Shown here piece after piece: positions 35,101 through 47,581 of a stretch of 64,000 nucleotides of DNA; positions within the stretch are counted from its first letter, which is position 1; each line of letters opens with the position of its first letter. The stretch comes from Blepharisma stoltei ATCC 30299 (taxonomy: Eukaryota > Protista > Ciliophora), in contig CBFDEM010000044.1 of NCBI GenBank assembly GCA_965603825.1, forward strand, positions 1-64,000, given 5' to 3'. A program made the translations under genes and the position numbers. The notes under the pieces are model-generated. The model did not search any database, was not told the origin of the DNA, and saw nothing but the letters and a program-made list of their open reading frames with translations.

Positions 35101-37644
35101 ACCTTACAAGAGCTGCTTCACAATGAACCTGACGAGCTTAAAGAAACCAGCATCAGAGAGTGCGACAAAGAAAATATCAAGAAATTCACTGACTGCATTG
35201 ACAGATTTTTAGAGCTTTCCCAAATGGACAAAGTCCAAGAAAGCTTTTTCAGCAGGATTAAGCACAAGCTGTTATCAAGAATCCAACAAGAGCCTTTTAA
35301 ATGTGTATTTAATGACAAAGGTGTTGAAAAAAATGAAGAATTAGAAGAAAAGAACTTTTATTACTGCGCCATGATGACTACTTATCAAATGCACGCTTGT
35401 TACTCATTTAAGCTGCTGAATAGGAATATCCCAGATGACCGTAAGCTGAGCTTCATGAATTTGATTTTTACTGATATGGAAGAAGACAGGCGGCTTATTT
35501 ATACTGCAATTTATCTCTGTCAGATGCTTCTCAAAAAGAAGCTGGAAGAGGAAAGCATTAATTACCCTGATTTTCTGAACGATCCTAACTTATTGTATAG
35601 AAAGCTCTTTGTGAAAACAATTTGTGCAAGCAGCCAAGATTATGATGTCATACGAAGCATTGCGCATTCCTGCATCAGCAATATGGTCAATGTTATAAAT
35701 GATGACCCACATGGAATTGACCCAAACCCTATGGTTGGTCTGAAAACTCAGGCCCAAAATTTGATCACGGCTTATGCTATGAACAGGAGCAACGTCGATA
35801 AAAGAATGTCTAAGCTGAAATCTGTGATAGATGCGATTGCAATGAACATTAAAAAGCATTTACAGTCAAACCCAGTTTCTAGCGTCGTCATTTTATTAGT
35901 AAAAGATTTATTAATGCAATGTAAAGCAAGGTTTAAAAAACCTATTCATAAGCTGGAGCCTGGAAAAGAGCTGACAAACCGAACAGTGCATGCTGTGCTT
36001 GGGATGGTTTTTGAGCCAGTCGAATTCGCCATAAAAGACCCCACTTCTTATCTGGTGCCTTTAGAAGCAAGCATGGAAAATCAGCAGAAAAACTTGGACT
36101 CATTAGGAGAAGCTGTCAAAGGCTTTTTCGCTGGAGTTCAGCTTGGAGAACCAGAAGAGAGGTGGTATCGTGAAATAAATGAGCTTAATATCAACAATGA
36201 GTTGTACCTTGTCAATAAAAGAGAAATCGTCAGAGAGATTTTCACACAAAAGGCTGTTTTAGAAGAAGAAGCAGTCTTAGCGCTATTTGAGCACTCGCTG
36301 AATCCTACTGATAAGGTGATCACTATAAATGTGCAAAACCTTGTAAGGCTGCATAATGTGACTCAAAGCAACTTAGAAGCTTTGAGGGTGAATAGTCCCA
36401 GTTATGATCCGCTCTGCATATTAATGAGCGCTCTTAAAAACGTCCCATCCCTAAAATCATTCGGAAAAAACGAAACAGTTAACCTCAGACTTATGACAAG
36501 AGCCCTCAGACAAGACCAGTCACTTGTAAGATGTCCTAACTGTTCAATGCTTGTCCCCAGAGAAATGGCCCCTAACAACTTTAAGCCTGTTATCTCTCTT
36601 TATGATCCAATGCCCCCTAACTCAGGACAGTATATGCTTACTAAAATCATGGGTGAAGGCTACAAGAAAAATGATAAGGTCAAGATATCAGAGTATTTAA
36701 ACGAGTACAGAAATTTATGCGAAAAATACATGAAAGACTTCGACACCATTGAAAAAATCACTTTACTGCTGATTGATGTAGACACAAAAATAGCCTCAAA
36801 AGATGAAGTGGCCGTTATAAGTGACGAAGATGAAAGAGAAGATCTCTGTGTGAAGCTTAGAGAAGAAAACTTAAAAGGGACTGAAGCACAGTGCAAAGAA
36901 GAGTTCAAAAGGAGAAAAGAACACTATATTCAGCAGAAAAAACTGATGAGCATGCTGGACAGGCTGGAAAATGCTTTAAATCAATATTCAGCTACAACCC
37001 TGATCCCTGAAGGTACGAGAAGAAAAGTGCTTTTCAACGTAGAATACGGATGCAGCAACAGAGACCTTGAAAAGTTTTCTGACTCCGTCATATATTCCAT
37101 CTATATGAACAAAATCAGAGACTACACAGTCAAGAAAACCATGTCTATCGAACTTTTTGAAAACCTCAAAGAAGACATGAAAGACAATCTACGAGGCTTC
37201 TGCAAGCGAACTCTCGCTGAGCTAAAACGGAAAAAAATCATCAGTGACTTCATAATCCCTCAAAAATTCAAGCCAAAAGACATTTACCTTACTTTTGAGA
37301 TAGAGGAAGACATAATTACTTTTATCGCGACCTATTCCCCAAGCAAAATCAACTTTTTAGGGAGAAATGACTTTGGGGAGGAACAAATTTTATGCAATGA
37401 AAAATTGACGATACATATGCTGGAACAAATGAGGGAGGAAGTAAAGCAAGCAAAGGAAGAGGGACAAGAAAAAGTAAGAACGATTCCTGAACAAAATAAG
37501 GCCTCGACAGTAAAGTTTGAGTTTTTCACAGATAAGCTGATCAAGCTTATTGGGACCATTGAAGACCAAGTAGCAACATATGTGCAGAATGTGATTATTA
37601 ATGAAGGAGAAGTGGCAGCTCCAGAGACTCATCATAGAGGGTAG
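32155..37644 (+). CDS. RCC1-repeat protein fused to an IQGAP/RasGAP-like C-terminal region, ~1829 aa
   Basis: Four listed ORFs plus the upstream ATG at 32155 share one frame, joined by UGAs mostly at RCC1 'WG' positions (LYV*G, VYS*G, FLA*G, VWH*G). The frame ends at TAG 37644. Confidence 0.85.
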
Positions 37645-37682
37645 AAATTGATAATATAATTGCTTAAATAAATCCCAATTAA

Positions 37683-39164
37683 TTAAGGCAAAGTGTCTTG
37701 GGATGTCTTTATGATGACCGTTTTGCATTCTAAATAGTTCGCAAGCCCTTCTTCTGTGACTTCTCTTCCTACTCCTGACTGTTTGAATCCTCCAAATGGA
37801 GTGTTTTCTGTTGTGTAATCATAACAGTTTACGTAAACGCTCCCTGCGCGGACTCCGTTTACAATTTTAATTGCTTTTTCTAGGCTAGTGGTTTGGACGC
37901 CTGCCCCAAGGCCGTATTTTGTATCATTTGCCCTTTTTATGACTTCGTCTATTGTTTTGAATTTTAAAATAGACATAAATGGACCGAAAATTTCTTCTCG
38001 GGCTATGCTCATATTGTCAGTTACATCAGTAAAAATGATTGGCTCAAGGAAATATCCTTTGCTTCCCCAGCGGTTTCCTCCGATTACAAGTTTTGCTCCT
38101 TCCATTTTGCCTTTGTGGACATATCCCAAAATCTTTTCTAATAAGCTTTCCTCTATTTGTGGACCTGACTGGGTTTCAGGGTCTAGTGGGTCACCAATTT
38201 TTCTTACCTTAGCCAACTCTACAGACTTTTCAAGGAATTTGTCATAAATTCCTTCTTGAACATAGACTCTGCTCCCTGCAATGCAGCATTGTCCGACAGC
38301 ATCAAAAATCCCAGTATGTGCATTTGTAACGGCACAGTCTAAATCTGCATCATCAAGAATTATATTTGGGCTTTTCCCTCCACATTCTAATGAAACTCTT
38401 TTCAGACCATTCATGCCTGCATTTCTTTGGATTTCTAGTCCTACTTCAGTTGAGCCTGTAAATGCAATTTTATCGACCCCAGGATGAAGTGTCAGATCTC
38501 TCCCTACGTCTCCAAATCCTGGTAAAATATTAACTACTCCTTCTGGAAACCCAGCTTCTACTATTAAATCGCCGATTTGTAAAGCAGTTAGTGGGGTCTG
38601 TTCTGCTGGTTTTAGTATCATGGTGCAGCCAGCTGCTAGTGCAGGAGCCATTTTCCAGCACTGCATAAGTAAAGGATAATTTCAAGGGATGATCTGTGCA
38701 CATACCCCGACTGGCTCATATCTTGTATAGCAATTATAAGGGCCTGTAATTGGGATTGTTTTTCCTCTGATATTATTAGCTAAACTTGCGTATTGGCGGT
38801 ATGTGTCTATTGTTAAAGGTAAATCTACATATGTAGTGTCAGTGATTGTTTTGCCTCCGTCAATTGTTTCTAATTTAGCGAGGTTGGCTTGGTTTTTTAT
38901 GATTAAATCAGTGAGTTTATGGATCAATTGGCCGCGCTCTCGGCCGCTCATTCTTCGCCATGGGCCATTATCATATGCGGTTCTTGCTGCTTTTACAGCT
39001 AAATCGACATCTTCTGTGCTTGCTCTTTGGACTTCAGCAATGACTTCTTCAGTTGCAGGGTTTATAGTTTTAAAGGTTTGGCCTGACTTAGAATTAACCC
39101 ACTTGTTGTCAATAAATAGCTGTGTCCTTAGGTGAGAAATTAATTTTCTGCTTGATGAGATCAT
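37683..39164 (-). CDS. Aldehyde dehydrogenase, ALDH1/2 family, copy 1
   Basis: IIP(UGA)NYP joins two ORFs. KPAEQTP, FTGSTEVG, LECGGKSP, GQCCIAGSR and EEIFGP. Confidence 0.95.
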
Positions 39165-39322
39165 TTTATTTCTAAAATTTAATTTTTCCACAAATAATAT
39201 ATTTTGAATTTTTATAATGAATATTAGGTTTTTTAGCTTAAATTTGGGAATAACTATTCCTAAGATAATTTCCTCGTTTATGCTAATTAACGATTAATTA
39301 TTTTAATATCATTAATAAAGCT

Positions 39323-40807
39323 TTATGGAAGGGTGTCAGCAGAATTCTTGATTATTACTGTTTTGCATTCTAAGTATTGGTAAAGTCCATCCTCACCTAG
39401 CTCACGGCCAAACCCAGACTGCTTATATCCACCAAACGGCGTATTTTCAGTCTGATAATCATAACAATTCACATAAACAGTTCCCGCTTTCATTGCATTA
39501 GTCACCTTAAGCGCTTTTTCAATATCCATAGTCTGCACACCAGCCCCAAGACCATATTTTGAGTTATTTGCTCTACTAATCACCTCATTAATATCTTTGA
39601 ACTTCAATATGCTCATAACAGGCCCAAAAATCTCTTCTTTGGCAATCGTCATCTCATCTTTCACATCAGTAAAAATAGTGGGCTCTACGAAATAGCCTTT
39701 ATTTCCCCATCTATTCCCTCCTGTCACAAGTTTGGCTCCTTCACTTTTGCCTTTCTCTATATATCCTAATATTTTTTCCATCTGAGTTTGATCTACTTGC
39801 GGACCATGATGGGTTCTTATATCCATTGGGTCTCCAAGGAGCCTTGCCCTGGCCATATATACAGAATTTTCAATGAACTGATCATAAATCTTCTCATGGA
39901 CATAAACTCTGGTCCCCGCAATACAAGACTGCCCCATATTCCCAAAAACTCCAAAATGGGCACACGCAACTGCGCACTCCATATCACAGTCATCAAAAAT
40001 AATATGTGGGCTTTTCCCTCCACATTCTAAAGAAATCCTTTTCAGCCCTTTTGTCCCTGAGTTTCTCATAACTTCGCATCCGACTTCAGTTGAGCCTGTA
40101 AATGCAACTTTGTCAACCCCAGGGTGTAAGGTTAATGCCCTTCCCACATCTCCATACCCTGGTAGTATATTAATAACGCCTTCAGGGAATCCAGCTTGAA
40201 TAATGAGTTCTCCAAGTTTTAAAGCTGTCAGAGGAGTCTGCTCAGCAGGCTTCAATACAAGTGTGCACCCAGCAGCAAGTGCAGGTGCCATTTTCCAGCA
40301 CTGCATCATCAGAGGATAATTCCACGGGATTATTTGAGCACAGACCCCAACTGGCTCATATCTAGTATAACAAGTATAAGGGCCTGTGATTGGGATTGTT
40401 TTACCTCTGATATTATTTGCCAGTCCTGCGTAGTATTTATAGAAATCAATAGAAAACGGAAGATCGATCGTTGTGACATCTTTAATTGGCTTGCCGGAGT
40501 CAATGATTTCTAAAGTGCTCAGAGGGCTGAAGTTGTCTGCGATTAGATCGCTGAGCTTCAGTATTAAATTTCCACGCTCTTTTCCGCTCATTCTTCTCCA
40601 TGGTCCTTTATCAAATGCAGTTCTGGCTGCTTTTACAGCTATATCGACGTCGGCTTCGTTGGATTGCTGGACTTCAGCAATGACTTCTTCAGTGTAGGGG
40701 TTGATGGTCTTGAAGGTTTGTCTGGATTTGGAATTGACCCATTGGTTGTTGATGAACAGTTGGGTTCTTGCAGAAGATATAACCCTTTTAGGTAGTGATC
40801 TTAGCAT
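39323..40807 (-). CDS. Aldehyde dehydrogenase, ALDH1/2 family, copy 2
   Basis: Complete ORF with IIPWNYP, FTGS, ECGGK and GQSCIAG. Confidence 0.96.
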   Translation of the reverse strand: MLRSLPKRVISSARTQLFINNQWVNSKSRQTFKTINPYTEEVIAEVQQSNEADVDIAVKAARTAFDKGPWRRMSGKERGNLILKLSDLIADNFSPLSTLEIIDSGKPIKDVTTIDLPFSIDFYKYYAGLANNIRGKTIPITGPYTCYTRYEPVGVCAQIIPWNYPLMMQCWKMAPALAAGCTLVLKPAEQTPLTALKLGELIIQAGFPEGVINILPGYGDVGRALTLHPGVDKVAFTGSTEVGCEVMRNSGTKGLKRISLECGGKSPHIIFDDCDMECAVACAHFGVFGNMGQSCIAGTRVYVHEKIYDQFIENSVYMARARLLGDPMDIRTHHGPQVDQTQMEKILGYIEKGKSEGAKLVTGGNRWGNKGYFVEPTIFTDVKDEMTIAKEEIFGPVMSILKFKDINEVISRANNSKYGLGAGVQTMDIEKALKVTNAMKAGTVYVNCYDYQTENTPFGGYKQSGFGRELGEDGLYQYLECKTVIIKNSADTLP

Positions 40808-40926
40808 TAGTAATGAAATAAGAAAAAATGTGGAATTATGTAGGGAACTTGTGAATAATTATATGATTGTATATTAGGGTATATAGGACATAAATTTTGC
40901 TATTAGAATTGGATTTTATCATTAAA

Positions 40927-42426
40927 TTATTTCTGATCTGGATCATCATGTATCATTTCATTTACGTTCTTGAGAAGTACTGTCTTGGCTTCAAGATAGT
41001 TATAAAGTCCTTCTTCTCCCAGCTCACGCCCTACACCTGACTGCTTATACCCTCCAAAGGGTACGTTTTCTATTTCTAAGTCATAGCAGTTGACATATAC
41101 ACTTCCAGTCCTAATTCCATTAGTAACTTTTAGTGCTTTATCAATATCCTGCGTTTGTACTCCAGCCCCCAGCCCATAAGGCGAGTTATTTGCCCTTTCA
41201 ATTACATCATCAATATCCTTAAACTTCAAAATGCTCATCACAGGCCCAAAAATCTCTTCTTTAGCAATCGTCATTTTATCTTTCACATCAATAAATATAG
41301 TAGGCTCCACAAAATAGCCTTTATCTCCCCATCTATTGCCTCCAAGCACCAGCTTGGCTCCTTCACTTTTCCCTTTTTCGATATACCCCAGGATTTTTTC
41401 CATTTGGGCTTTGTCTACTTGTGGTCCATGCTGGGTTTCTGGGTCCATTGGGTCTCCAATTTTTCTAGCTTTGGCGGCTTCAATGGTTTTATCAATAAAC
41501 TTTTTATAGATTTTTGAGTGGACATAAACCCTGCTACCAGCTACACAGTTCTGCCCCATATTCCCAAAAGCTCCAAAATGGGCACAAGATACAGCATTTT
41601 CTAGGTCACAGTCATCAAAAATAATATGTGGGCTTTTCCCTCCACATTCTAATGTAACCCTCTTAAGCCCATTAGTCCCTGCATTTTTTTGAACTTCTAA
41701 GCCTACTTCTGTTGACCCAGTAAAGGCGATTTTATCCACCTCAGGGTGCAAGGTTAGTGCTTTTCCAGCATCTCCGAATCCAGGCAAAATATTGACAACA
41801 CCAGGTGGGAAGCCAGCTTTAATTATAAGTTCTCCTAGTTTTAAGGCTGATAGAGGTGTTTGTTCTGCAGGCTTTAAAATAAGGGTGCATCCAGCAGCTA
41901 GTGCTGGAGCCATTTTCCAAGCTTGCATAAGGATTGGGTAATTCCATGGGATGATCTGGGCACATACCCCAACTGGCTCATATCTTGTATAGCATGTAAA
42001 AGGGCCTGAGATAGGGATTGATTTTCCTTTTATATTATTAGCCAGGCCAGCGTTATACTTATAAGTATCAATTGTAAAAGGCAAGTCACCGTTTCTTATA
42101 TCAGAAATTGGCTTGCCGGAATCCATTACTTCTAAAGCTGCTAGCTCTTCAAAGTTAGCAGATATTAATTTGCTTAAACTGTAGAGGAGTTCTCCTCGTT
42201 CTCTTCCACTCAATCTTGACCATACTCCTTTTTCAAGGGCTTTTCTGGCTGCTTTTACAGCAATATCGACGTCTTCTTCGTTTGCCTGCTGGACTTCAGC
42301 AATAACCTCTTCAGTGGCAGGATTTATGGTCTTGAAGGTCTGTTGTGACTTTGAATTTACCCATTGGTTGTTGATAAATAGCTGGGTCCTAAGAGTTGAA
42401 TTGAGTCTTTTCAGAATTGACACCAT
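40927..42426 (-). CDS. Aldehyde dehydrogenase, ALDH1/2 family, copy 3
   Basis: Complete ORF from the first ATG at 42426, with IIPWNYP and GQNCVAG. Confidence 0.96.
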   Translation of the reverse strand: MVSILKRLNSTLRTQLFINNQWVNSKSQQTFKTINPATEEVIAEVQQANEEDVDIAVKAARKALEKGVWSRLSGRERGELLYSLSKLISANFEELAALEVMDSGKPISDIRNGDLPFTIDTYKYNAGLANNIKGKSIPISGPFTCYTRYEPVGVCAQIIPWNYPILMQAWKMAPALAAGCTLILKPAEQTPLSALKLGELIIKAGFPPGVVNILPGFGDAGKALTLHPEVDKIAFTGSTEVGLEVQKNAGTNGLKRVTLECGGKSPHIIFDDCDLENAVSCAHFGAFGNMGQNCVAGSRVYVHSKIYKKFIDKTIEAAKARKIGDPMDPETQHGPQVDKAQMEKILGYIEKGKSEGAKLVLGGNRWGDKGYFVEPTIFIDVKDKMTIAKEEIFGPVMSILKFKDIDDVIERANNSPYGLGAGVQTQDIDKALKVTNGIRTGSVYVNCYDLEIENVPFGGYKQSGVGRELGEEGLYNYLEAKTVLLKNVNEMIHDDPDQK

Positions 42427-42889
42427 TTTCAAGAATGCTGGCAATATAATATGAATTTGTTGTGGTAATTTCCAATGGTTCTATATTTAATTTAGCTTTT
42501 ATTAACAGTTTGGTATTTCATATATTTAAATAATTCAAAAATGCTATATAGAATAAAATTGGTATTGAGGACAAGCAGCCATTTCTTATGCATTTAATAA
42601 TTAGAAGACAATATAAGTCTGATAAGAAAGGCAAGCTTTTACAATTAACTGATATCGATAACTTTTTTTTCAATAACTTTTTTTAATATTTCACGGTAAA
42701 CTGGCTTTTATCCTTTCTCCCTCTATTTGCCTATAAAACAATAATAATTTCTGTATCAATTAGAAAGCCAAAATTCCTTTAAAAAATCTGCTTTCTCTTA
42801 TAACTATCTTTTTGCATTCAAATTTCTTTCAGTTTCGCTCTGATGAATTAAATTCTGTTTTAAATACATTTTTAATAACAGAGACCCAT

Positions 42890-43618
42890 ATGCACTCAAG
42901 AAGAAATTCCTCAAGAATAATCATTACATCCAATGAAACACATAATGACCCTATTCCTCTTAAAATTAAAGTCCTAGAGCCTTCAAAAAGTACCGTAAAT
43001 TTAAAAGATCCTTTTTTGAGAATGTGCAACTCTAGAAAAGGTACACCCTCCTTAAAACCTATGTGTGCATCCGCAAAGCAGACCCCAGAATCCTCTATCC
43101 TGATCTCATCCCCACCCACAAAGCCCAAAGAGCCCAAATTTTTACGTCGACTTTTCCCCAGCCCAACTCGCAAGCTCCAAAAGCACGCTTCTGAAGCTAT
43201 TTTGCATATCCCTCCGCCTTCACACCGTCCAAACCGTTCAGAACTTCCCAAAAACCCATCATTTTCTAAGCCTTTTTCTATAACCAAAGATACGAAATCG
43301 TCAAAAAATCTTCCACCTTTTTTAAGATGGAATTTTATTCCATGTGAAGGCAAGCAGGAATCCTCAAGAAAGCTGCAGACGCCTATGTTTTCAAGGAGAA
43401 AAAGCGAGTATAAGCCTTATGCAAGTGAAATAATGTCGATGCCACAGAGTCCAAATGCGAGTTTTAGGAGACTGAATAAGCAGCAAAATATGAATGAGGA
43501 GGTAGCGAAGAAGCTGAATTTTTTGATACAAAAAGAAGAAGGATGGGATAAAGAAATTTCGTTCGGGAATATAGAAGTTAACGAAATGAATATGATTTTT
43601 TCAAGAAAAGTGTGGTAA
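42890..43618 (+). CDS. Hypothetical basic Ser/Pro-rich protein
   Basis: First ATG at 42890; ORF of about 242 aa with coding-like GC content. No recognisable domain. Confidence 0.6.
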   Translation: MHSRRNSSRIIITSNETHNDPIPLKIKVLEPSKSTVNLKDPFLRMCNSRKGTPSLKPMCASAKQTPESSILISSPPTKPKEPKFLRRLFPSPTRKLQKHASEAILHIPPPSHRPNRSELPKNPSFSKPFSITKDTKSSKNLPPFLRWNFIPCEGKQESSRKLQTPMFSRRKSEYKPYASEIMSMPQSPNASFRRLNKQQNMNEEVAKKLNFLIQKEEGWDKEISFGNIEVNEMNMIFSRKVW

Positions 43619-43661
43619 TATGTCTAAATTAATTAAGCTTATAAAATCTGCTGCATACTAA

Positions 43662-46600
43662 TTATTTGCCACTGATCAGTCTGTTGATTTTGACTTGCTG
43701 CGAGTCCCTCAGCGTTCTCCAGGCTTCTGCGAAAACTGCTGACTGCCTGCTATTAAGCCTCATCAGTATTTCTTTGATTTTCCCAGTTGTCTCAGCTTCA
43801 ATATACTTGGTTTCCAAAGCGTCGCTTAAAATATGTAGGACTTTGAGCATCCTTTCACCGTTTTCTCCTAATGCAATATTTTCAGAGCTTATCACAAGGT
43901 CAGCTAAAACGTCATTCATATATTTAGCCTCCATTTTGTCGAATTTGATAGGTAGCAGCTCAATAAAGGCAGGGACTACAATTGCCATGTCTAAGTTCAT
44001 ATGCTGGAATTTTATTACCCGTCCCATTGCGGCGACTGCGTTATCTCGGGCATAGCCATGGGATTTTGTATTTTTCTCACAAGCCACTTGTAAAGATTTT
44101 TCTATAGCAGAAATCACAAATGGGACCCAAGGCTTGAATCCCTCTGGGCTTGTATTTGCAGCAAAAATGCCAAGACCATAGCAAGCTGCTTGTCTGACTG
44201 CGTCATTTGTGTCTGTAGCAAATTTCACTAGGACTTCTCCAATTGCGTTTCAATAGTCTTTTATTAAGTTTTGGCCTAAAAATTCAATGATATCGTCAAG
44301 AATAAAAATGACCAATTTATGGTCTTCGTCAAGTGCTTCTTGTGAGAGCAGCTTTGGGAAGGTATTTGTCATTAGATAATTTATGATAGGCAAACTCTTT
44401 TCTTTTTGGGTTTTAAATATCACTCCAAGTACCTCTGATATAGCTGTATGCAAGTTGTCTTCTTCGCCTTTCCGGTATTCGTTATAAGCTTCGTCTTCTT
44501 CTTCGTCGCTGTTTTGTGCCACATTTCTATTTTGGATACTTTTTTGTAGCAGCTTTATCAGTTTTTCTCCCATAGAAGTGACGTCAGTTTGGGTAAGATA
44601 TGGGACTCCAGTGATGTCTATTATTTTTTTGATAGCTTTAAGCTGGTCAGTTTCTGCTTCACAGACGTATTCTTCTTCGACAGCATGCCAGAGAAGCTTT
44701 AAAAAGACTTGGGATAGGTGCATAGTATCCTGGACTGCGTTTTGTTCGCCACTTAAGAACTTTACCTCTATAAGTCCTGCTAGTAAACTGGCAGCTGCTC
44801 CTCTGACTGATTCATTCAAATGGAAATGCATCATAGGGACAGCCACTCTTACCACTGAGTCAATATATTTAGAAAACTGCCCTTTCAAAGTGGTCACAAA
44901 GGACAATAACGTTTGCATTGCCAGCTCTTTGTTTTCGGTAATAGTCGTACTCACTGTCGCTTTTTGTTCGCCTAGCTCTTTGTGAATGTCTACAAAGGAG
45001 TCTGGGTTGGTATAGACGTGGATTTCCATCTGTCTATCTACCATCTGTATAAGTCCAGGGACAACTTCATCTAAATAGCCAGAAAAATCACTTTCCATAA
45101 TTTCACAAATTCTTTGCCAGCCGCTTAGCAAGTACCCGACCAGTTGATCGCTGTTTTCTAGGTCTCCTTCTTGCATATTTTTCATAATGTTTATAATAGG
45201 CTCAGCATGCAGCATGAAAACTTCTTTTTCTACATTTTTGCTCATTGACATGATGCACTCAATGACTCTTCCCCTTAGTGTTTTGTAGTAGTCTTCTTTG
45301 TATTTTTCAAATAAACTTAAAAGATAAGGCATAATTATGATATAATCATCCTTAAAATAGTCTTTGCAGGAGGTTGCAATTGCAGCGATTGCAGTGCAGG
45401 ACTGTTCAACAACAATGGATGGGCAGTTTTGTGACAGAAATGTGATTAGTTTTGGGATAAAAGCGACAGCATAGGATGAAGCAAGAGAAATTCCTGCATC
45501 TCTAATGAACTTACTGATTGCCAGGCAGCAGTGAGCGACAACTCTAGGAGTTGAATCATTTAGACCTTCTACAAGTATTGGGTATATTTTTTCATGGTGA
45601 GATGATTGGAATTCTTGAGGGTAGTCTTGGCTGGCTTCTCCAATTAAATGAAAGACCGCGTATCTTACCTTAGGATTTTGTGATTTCGAAAATATGGTCA
45701 AAAAATGGACAAGCTCAGTAATTTTTTCTGGCTCTGAAATATAATTCAATATCTCGCTCAATGCCATCAGCGCTACATAAGTCATTCTTCAGTCATTTTC
45801 AGCACTTAAAGCTTGCTGTATCAATCCCAGCGTCGGATCCAACAAATACCTATCTCCTACCGCCTCTATAAGCCTAGAAATCAATCTTCTGCCTATTTTG
45901 GCATAGTCCATTTCCAGGTCTCCTTCTTCGTCATCTTTATCCTGAAACCCTTCTTCAGGCACTTTTCACGCCTCATCGATTTCTTGGTCAATCCCAACCA
46001 TCATTTCCATAATCTTCGAAATCGTCTGAACTGCCAGCTGGACATTCTGATGTATTACCTTTGGCATCCTTTCACATACGCATACAATGAATTCCAAGGC
46101 TAAATTTTTGCTTGAAATATCAAGGCCTTGTTTATTACAAAGGTGATGGATCAGCTCAAAACAGTGTAGAATGGACGGTTTAAATATTTTTGGCTCACTG
46201 TCTACAAGTTCTCGGAGGAGCTCTAAAGATTTATTTCCTGTGTATAAGTCTATAGAAAGAATATAGTCAATGGACTTTAGGATGTCAGGGACAAGATCTT
46301 TATAATATAAAGCGGTGGCTGTATCTACTATTGAGAGTAAAGAATTTACTGCTTTTAGGCAGGAGGATCGGGTAGAGATGTCTTCGTCGTTTAAAGCGAC
46401 CTTGAAGACTTGGAAAATCTTGTCGTTGCTATCCATGAATTGGTCAAATAAGTAAGGGAACAGTGTTGCTAATACTTCAAGAGCGGAAACTCTGAGCTGC
46501 CCACTGGCTTCTAAAGATCGGTATATGAAAGGTAGAAGCTCATCCCAAGTGCCATTTTTGCCTTCAGAAATCAAGATATTTGAGCCTAGCAGGCCTACAA

Positions 46601-46943
46601 CTTCACAGATATGCTCTCTGATTTTTCTATTTTCTTCGTTAGAAATTTTGTCAAGCAGCATTTGTTTAGCTAAATTTTGGACTTCTAAAGGTAGTTTATT
46701 TCATATGTCGTGCGTAGTGATTGGGGCGACTAGTTTTTTAAGTAAAATGCTTGACAGAGTTTTGACTGATAAATCAGTATTATTCAGATTATAAACTAAG
46801 CACATAAACAGCTTCCCAGGCTGCTGCTGAAGAGCAGCGTTATATTGAGCTTCACACTGCTTTCGAAATGTGTTATTCGATGCCAGAACTCCTGCTAAAA
46901 GCTGAGAAACCTCCTGGATTTCCGCCTCTGTCACTTGTTCCAT
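43662..46943 (-). CDS. Importin-5 / karyopherin beta-3-like HEAT-repeat protein, ~1093 aa
   Basis: Four ORFs in one frame joined by UGA (DI*NKL, DEA*, END*R, DY*N). Motifs PKVRYA, LRGRVIEC, W.RIC..M..DF..YL..VVP, VRQAACYGLG and ARDNAVAA. Confidence 0.9.
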
Positions 46944-46966
46944 TTTTAGAAATAATAACTACTCAG

Positions 46967-47581
46967 TTAGTTAAGTGAATTAAAGAAATTCGTCCAGTCA
47001 GAAACGCTAGTGAAATTATACGCATCAGGCACCCACACACCGTTTACCAAATATGATGGGACTCCAGGAAGATTTCTTGTTGCGCCATATTTCCATGAAA
47101 CTCTGGTGCTCCAGTTGACTGTTTGGTTACTAAGCGCATTAGTGATACCAGTTATAGGTACTCCTGTTGCAGCGTTGGTGAGCTGAGCAATTTTAGCATT
47201 AGCAGTTTGGAAGTCAAGTGTACCAATGCTTGAAATGAAGGACTGTTGATGGGCAAACCAATAATTCACAAAGTCCATATATTTGGTTCTGTAGTTTTGT
47301 TGGATATATCTTCCAGCTTGAGAGACAGGGAATGAGAAGAGATTGTATGACATTGGGAATTGATGAATGATCAGTTCTAGCCATCCTTTTTGTGAAGACC
47401 AATAACTTAACACAGCTGGAAAGGCTGTAGCTGATCTTGTATCAAGAAAATCGATAAAAACTTCGAGAGTGTAGTTGGAGCGGGAAGGACCTTGAATGAA
47501 TCCATCAGAAGGGCTTGGGACTGGGACTACTTGGATAGCTGCAGCAAGGGAAAGTAAGAAAGCACAAACTATGAGCTTCAT
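46967..47581 (-). CDS. Secreted DsbA/thioredoxin-fold protein lacking the active-site Cys
   Basis: Signal peptide, LEVFIDFL, IIHQFP..Y and WKYG..R..GVPSYLVNG (cis-Pro loop). Confidence 0.7.
   Translation of the reverse strand: MKLIVCAFLLSLAAAIQVVPVPSPSDGFIQGPSRSNYTLEVFIDFLDTRSATAFPAVLSYWSSQKGWLELIIHQFPMSYNLFSFPVSQAGRYIQQNYRTKYMDFVNYWFAHQQSFISSIGTLDFQTANAKIAQLTNAATGVPITGITNALSNQTVNWSTRVSWKYGATRNLPGVPSYLVNGVWVPDAYNFTSVSDWTNFFNSLN

Noticed and set aside
36570-36577. Internal CCCTAACA as a telomerase RNA template or internal telomere
   Set aside because: A single 8-mer inside a long CDS; expected by chance.
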